Below, piece after piece: positions 59,645 through 64,000 of a DNA stretch of 64,000 nucleotides. Below the pieces are notes generated by a model. That model had not been told where the DNA came from. It saw nothing but the letters and a program-made list of their open reading frames with translations, and did no database searches. The stretch covers positions 1 through 64,000 of the IMG/VR virus record IMGVR_UViG_3300044591_002420; one strand, given 5' to 3'. Position numbers and translations under genes: made by a program. Position 1 is the stretch's first letter; each line of letters starts with the position of its first letter. Source of the stretch: a virus.

Positions 59645-60109
59645 ATGTCTATTAAAGAACTATCACAACAATTTATTGGATCTTATGAGATTATTATTGA
59701 GGGAGTTAGACAACAAGGACGAGAAGCATTAAACAAAGTTTTTAGGATTTTTTGGGATAATAATCCCGAAGTCAATGTTATTGTCTGGAAACAATATGCT
59801 CCACATTTTAATGATGGTGATCCCTGTATTTTTTCTGTGCATGACCTAACTTTCTCTAATCTGACAGATCAAACAGAATATCCTCTTTTGGATTATGGGG
59901 AATATGAAGGAGAAGATGAAAATGTTTGGGCTGTAGGTTGTTTTTCTAAAAATAATAAGCACCTGAATATACAACAAGCAAGTGAATTAGAACATTTCTT
60001 ACATTCTAGTGCGATGACAAATGTAATGAAAACAATCTTTGGTGAAGAATCTCGGGTAGTTGCGACTCGTGAAGGATTCACCTCTGAATATTGCGAAGCA
60101 CCCTATTAA
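59645..60109 (+). CDS. hypothetical protein
   Basis: W.QYAPHFNDGDPC.F motif. Confidence 0.6.
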   Translation: MSIKELSQQFIGSYEIIIEGVRQQGREALNKVFRIFWDNNPEVNVIVWKQYAPHFNDGDPCIFSVHDLTFSNLTDQTEYPLLDYGEYEGEDENVWAVGCFSKNNKHLNIQQASELEHFLHSSAMTNVMKTIFGEESRVVATREGFTSEYCEAPY

Positions 60110-60294
60110 ATCACAACTAGCTACTCTTAAAACCTTATTCAAGAACTTTTTAATGGAATTTCCTAACAACTTTAGAATTAAAGAGAAAGAAGGCTTTTTT
60201 ATTCCACAAGAAAAGTTTCTCTTCTTTTGGAATAATATTTTTGTTGACAAATTCACTTCTAGGATAGAAGCCACCAAAAAACTTAATCATTATA

Positions 60295-61050
60295 TTGATC
60301 TCGTTTCACTTCGTAATCATGAATAAGGCAACACTTCTTTCACAGAATTCAGCTATTAAAACCGAATCCATTACATCTTTTTACTCACTACCAGGAGTAG
60401 ATCCTGATGTTATTAAACTGCAAGTAGAGAAAAGAACAACATCTGTTGGTAATAATGAGCCAACAATAACTTATAATCATTCTCTTTGGATTGATGAGTC
60501 TACAAGAAAATTTTATGGTCGGCCGACTTTTGTGAAACCAGGATTCTTTGAAGTTGATAAAAAATATAGCATTTTTCGTGAGTATTATGACGATGGTAGT
60601 CATGTTCGCCCATTTGATGAATTTATTGTAAATCTAAATTCCACTGACATTGATCCTTCTTGGGAACTTATCTTTATTGATGTTAGTTCTCACCGTCTTT
60701 GGACACATGACTTTAAACCACTTCCTACATTAATCCGTATTAATTTTGCCGATAAAGATATTGAACTCAACGATTCATTTTTAAACTATCTACAAACTCA
60801 TCCTTGGATGGTTGAAATGGGAGAAGTTGAGTACCATCAATATTATGATGCTGAACCATATGATGATATTTGGGTTGATTTCTTACCCGATCCCGAATCA
60901 TATCAAAAGATTTTTGAAGAAGCATATCCTGAAGGTTATAATAAAAAATATGAAGACATTAAACCTTTTATCTATAGTAAAATTCTTTACGATAAGAACG
61001 CATCTGATTGGTTAGGTGTTAGACAGTTTCTTAATAATCCACCAAAATAA
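60295..61050 (+). CDS. hypothetical protein
   Basis: 251 aa ORF. Confidence 0.55.
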   Translation: MISFHFVIMNKATLLSQNSAIKTESITSFYSLPGVDPDVIKLQVEKRTTSVGNNEPTITYNHSLWIDESTRKFYGRPTFVKPGFFEVDKKYSIFREYYDDGSHVRPFDEFIVNLNSTDIDPSWELIFIDVSSHRLWTHDFKPLPTLIRINFADKDIELNDSFLNYLQTHPWMVEMGEVEYHQYYDAEPYDDIWVDFLPDPESYQKIFEEAYPEGYNKKYEDIKPFIYSKILYDKNASDWLGVRQFLNNPPK

Positions 61051-61555
61051 CATTTCTTTAAATCTTATTATTGTGGACAAATTTGAACAAGCTAGAGATC
61101 CAAACGCTCCAACGAATGTACTAGAACAACTAGCGACCGATGTGGATCCTGATGTTCGTTGGTATGTAGCACAAAATCCAAACACACCACCAAAAGTTCT
61201 AGAACAACTAGCGACCGATGAGGATTCTGATGTTTGTTATCGGGTAGCAGAAAACCCAAACACTCCACCAAAAGTCCTAGAACAACTAGCGACTGATGGG
61301 AATTCTGATGTTCGTTCGTGTGCAGCACGAAATTCAAACACACCACCAAAAGTTCTAGAACAATTAGCGACCGATAAGTATTCTAGTGTTCGTTATGACG
61401 TAGCAAATAATCCAAACACACCACCAAAAGTACTAAAGCTTCTAGCGACCGATGAGTATTATGGTGTTCGTTATTGTGTAGCAAAAAATCCAAACACTCC
61501 ACATTACATCAAGAGGTATCTTAAAATTCAAGAACAACTTAGGACACTTCTTTAA
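61016..61555 (+). CDS. LRV/HEAT-like repeat protein, tail class A (likely GTG start near 61073)
   Basis: Five repeats plus YIKRYLKIQ tail. Confidence 0.9.
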   Translation: MLDSFLIIHQNNISLNLIIVDKFEQARDPNAPTNVLEQLATDVDPDVRWYVAQNPNTPPKVLEQLATDEDSDVCYRVAENPNTPPKVLEQLATDGNSDVRSCAARNSNTPPKVLEQLATDKYSSVRYDVANNPNTPPKVLKLLATDEYYGVRYCVAKNPNTPHYIKRYLKIQEQLRTLL

Positions 61556-61608
61556 CTGTCACAACAAAATACCCAGACCATCCAAAAACCCACTACCATA
61601 AAAAGACA

Positions 61609-61920
61609 ATGAGTTACGAACACTATGTGAAACAACTTAAACCATGTTCTGAATGTGGTGAACCCCATGATCTTCGTTGGTGTGGCATCAGTGTCAGACC
61701 TTATTGTGGAAATTGTAAAAATTGGGGAGCCGTTAATTATAAAGCCGCCGAGGATGCAATTGCTTCTTGGAATGCATCTTATGAGCGAGCAGAAAAACGG
61801 TGGCGAAATGAGGACCAAATTCGGAATCTTGAAAAGTATTCAAGGCAAATCGGTATTGATCTATCCATTCAAGATCTTATTGATTTCCATCGCGCCCATT
61901 CTTCACATCTATTTTCTTAG
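61609..61920 (+). CDS. Lar-like zinc-finger protein
   Basis: LKPCSECG..YCGNC..AIASWN. Confidence 0.5.
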   Translation: MSYEHYVKQLKPCSECGEPHDLRWCGISVRPYCGNCKNWGAVNYKAAEDAIASWNASYERAEKRWRNEDQIRNLEKYSRQIGIDLSIQDLIDFHRAHSSHLFS

Positions 61921-62158
61921 GAGGTTTTATTATGAAAAATGTTGACGTTGAATTGTCTATTTTTCTTATTGGAGTGTTTCTTTGTGTTATTGTTGCAATC
62001 ATTGGGGATTATTATAATGATTTGATGACCAAAAAACAATATACAAATAATCTCGAAATCGTTATTAACTGCCGTAAGTCTCATGCACCTAATATTCTGG
62101 TTGCAGATCGGATTTGTGGTCCTGTTCCTCAATGGGCAACTCATAACAGGGAGGCCGA

Positions 62159-62557
62159 ATGATGAAACCATTTGATTATTACTCAAACAACACTGAAGTT
62201 TATCCAGAAAGACGGGAATATACAGGAGTCTTTGTTTATGATAAAGGCAAATTAATCTGGCAAGGAAGTTTAAATGTTTATAGTCAGGTATTAGAATCTC
62301 TTAAACGAAATCACCCCAATTATGTAATTCAAAAATTTGTTCATGAGGATGCTTACAAAGAGCAGAGAACAAAATGGAATATTGAAAATACTCGGCTCTA
62401 TAATGAATTTAAAAGGGATCTCTTTGAAGAGTTTGGAGTTGAAAATCACCCTAAACGAGAAAAAGTTTTTGAGATGGCATGGGAACGTGCGCACTCTTCA
62501 GGATACTATGAAGTTTACTTAGCCTTTGAAGATCTTGTTGAACTTATTAAGGATTAA
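62159..62557 (+). CDS. conserved phage hypothetical protein
   Basis: FKRDLFEEFGV..HPK...F..AWE..HSSG..EV. Confidence 0.6.
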   Translation: MMKPFDYYSNNTEVYPERREYTGVFVYDKGKLIWQGSLNVYSQVLESLKRNHPNYVIQKFVHEDAYKEQRTKWNIENTRLYNEFKRDLFEEFGVENHPKREKVFEMAWERAHSSGYYEVYLAFEDLVELIKD

Positions 62558-62843
62558 TTATGACAAATCTCTTTGAATACCCGAATAGTTGGAATTCTCC
62601 AAGATTTTTCTTTCAGAAGAATATTGGGGATATCATCAATGAGCTATCTTTGGCTCACGGATTGGATCTAAAAACATTCACCGAAAATAGAGGTTTCTTT
62701 AATAGATCTGGAACCTTTACTGTTGTAGGTGAGTTTTCCGATGTTCGCGCCTTTGGTGAATTTCTGGAATCTACCTATAACAACTATCTCACCCACAATA
62801 ATACTGACTGGGATCTCTACCAAAATTACGATTACACAGAACA

Positions 62844-63485
62844 ATGATTTTTGAATCTCTTCTTTCTCTGGCTCTGATTCACAATCAACCAGTTGTTACA
62901 CCTCGTCTATATACTCCTCCGATTATTTTGGCGGCTCGGAGTAATAGGGGTTATCGTCCATCCACTTCAATTCGCCCAACTTCTTCATCACCGTCTATTA
63001 GTCGGCCTATTCGTTCTTCTGGTGGTAATATTGTTATTAATCAACAAAGGGGATTTAAGCCTTCTAATACTCCCTTGAACGTAACTCGGTCTTCCGCTGG
63101 TAATGTTGTTATTAATCGACAACGAACTTCTCCACCAGTTATTCGCACAGCTCCCGTTATTCGTTCTACGCCTTCGTCTAGCACAGCTCCCGTTATTCGT
63201 TCTCCACGAGTTTATACATCTCGTCCCATCGTGAGAGAGAGGATTATTGAACGGGAATCCGGTGGCGGTTTTCTCGGTAATCCATTCTTTTGGCTTTATA
63301 TGAGTCAACAAAACAATAATTCTCAACCACGACAGGTTATTGTTCAGACACCTTCACAACCACAAAATACAACAGTTCAACCGATTATCCAAAAAAATGA
63401 TTATAATCCTGGACGAGAATTTGCTACATTCGCTCTAGGTTCCGGTCTTACTGTTCTGGCTATGCGTTCTCTCGCTCGTTCTTGA
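62844..63485 (+). CDS. low-complexity R/S/P-rich membrane-associated protein
   Basis: RSS.GN.VIN.QR and TAPVIRS repeats; hydrophobic ends. Confidence 0.6.
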   Translation: MIFESLLSLALIHNQPVVTPRLYTPPIILAARSNRGYRPSTSIRPTSSSPSISRPIRSSGGNIVINQQRGFKPSNTPLNVTRSSAGNVVINRQRTSPPVIRTAPVIRSTPSSSTAPVIRSPRVYTSRPIVRERIIERESGGGFLGNPFFWLYMSQQNNNSQPRQVIVQTPSQPQNTTVQPIIQKNDYNPGREFATFALGSGLTVLAMRSLARS

Positions 63486-63736
63486 ATTATGGCATTCACT
63501 TTTGAAGGCACAATTGATATTCCCCTGAAGAGTTTTTATTCTTGGGCAGAGGCTAATTATGGTCTCGGTGGAGGTTATGAGCGCTGTTATGGTGTTCCCA
63601 CAGTCAACAAAGACAATCATACAATAGAAATTAGTGTTGCCGGCTCTGATGTATCTAATCCTACAGAATGGCGAGAAAAACCAAAAGCTGTTTTAGAATG
63701 GAAAGAAAAGGGTATCCCTAATTATTAAATTTGATT

Positions 63737-64000
63737 ATGTGTCATTATCTCCAATCATGGAATCCAAACACACCACCAAAAACACTGGAACAACTAGCAA
63801 CCGATGAATATTATTTGGTTCGTTGGAACGTAGCAAATAATCCAAACACACCACCAAAAACACTGGAACAACTAGCAACCGATGAATATTATTTGGTTCG
63901 TTGGAACGTAGCAAATAATCCAAACACACCACCAAAAGTTCTAGAAATTCTAGCGACCGATAAGGAGTATCGGGTTCGTTATGGGGTAGCAATAAATCCA
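63737..64000 (+). CDS. LRV/HEAT-like repeat protein (3' truncated by window edge)
   Basis: MCHYLQSWNPNTPPKTLEQLATDEYYLVRWNVANN with an exact 78-nt-period tandem repeat. Confidence 0.85.
   Translation, partial: MCHYLQSWNPNTPPKTLEQLATDEYYLVRWNVANNPNTPPKTLEQLATDEYYLVRWNVANNPNTPPKVLEILATDKEYRVRYGVAINP

Noticed and set aside
18864-63992. Recurrent antisense ORFs (CLDFLL.. and GGVFGF.. types) over the LRV genes
   Set aside because: By-products of a repeat that lacks stop codons in the reverse frames; no independent expression signals.
18488-64000. LRV repeats as CRISPR arrays or DGR targets
   Set aside because: The 78-nt units are in-frame coding with no unique spacers. Adenines in the framework (AATCCAAAC) are conserved, and no reverse transcriptase or template repeat is seen in the window.
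1-64000. Stop-codon reassignment
   Set aside because: Conserved genes are full length under the standard code and no suppressor tRNA could be identified.

Overview
AT-rich segment of a T4-like (Kyanoviridae-type) cyanophage. The cyanobacterial host is inferred from cp12, a short cyanobacterial-type EF-Ts and gene order. Bases 1-29 kb hold gp32 and a late baseplate/tail module (gp53, gp48, gp2, gp4, gp54, gp26, gp51, two large tail lysins, gp5, tail fibres) with (C/A)TAAATA late promoters. Bases 29-64 kb are a + strand accessory region driven by about 16 copies of a palindrome plus extended -10 promoter. Most striking signal (42.5-45.4 kb): a DUF2828/vWA (TROVE/Ro60-like) gene flanked by nine copies of a small covarying RNA motif (stem-CAGCA-hairpin-A-rich linker-stem). 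Six copies are free-standing and several display tRNA anticodon-like loops. Three copies are circularly permuted and inserted into the anticodon arm of tRNA genes. A second notable system is a dispersed family of about 18 LRV/HEAT-like 26-aa repeat genes with shuffled variable modules and two conserved C-terminal tail classes. Also present: Thg1-like protein, EF-Ts, ValRS C-terminal-arm-like domains, NadM-Nudix, NADAR, DNA ligase, SF2 helicase and intact tRNAs Arg(TCT), fMet(CAT) and Pro(TGG). All family names come from motif recognition by eye, not database searches. Many small hypothetical ORFs are not listed.
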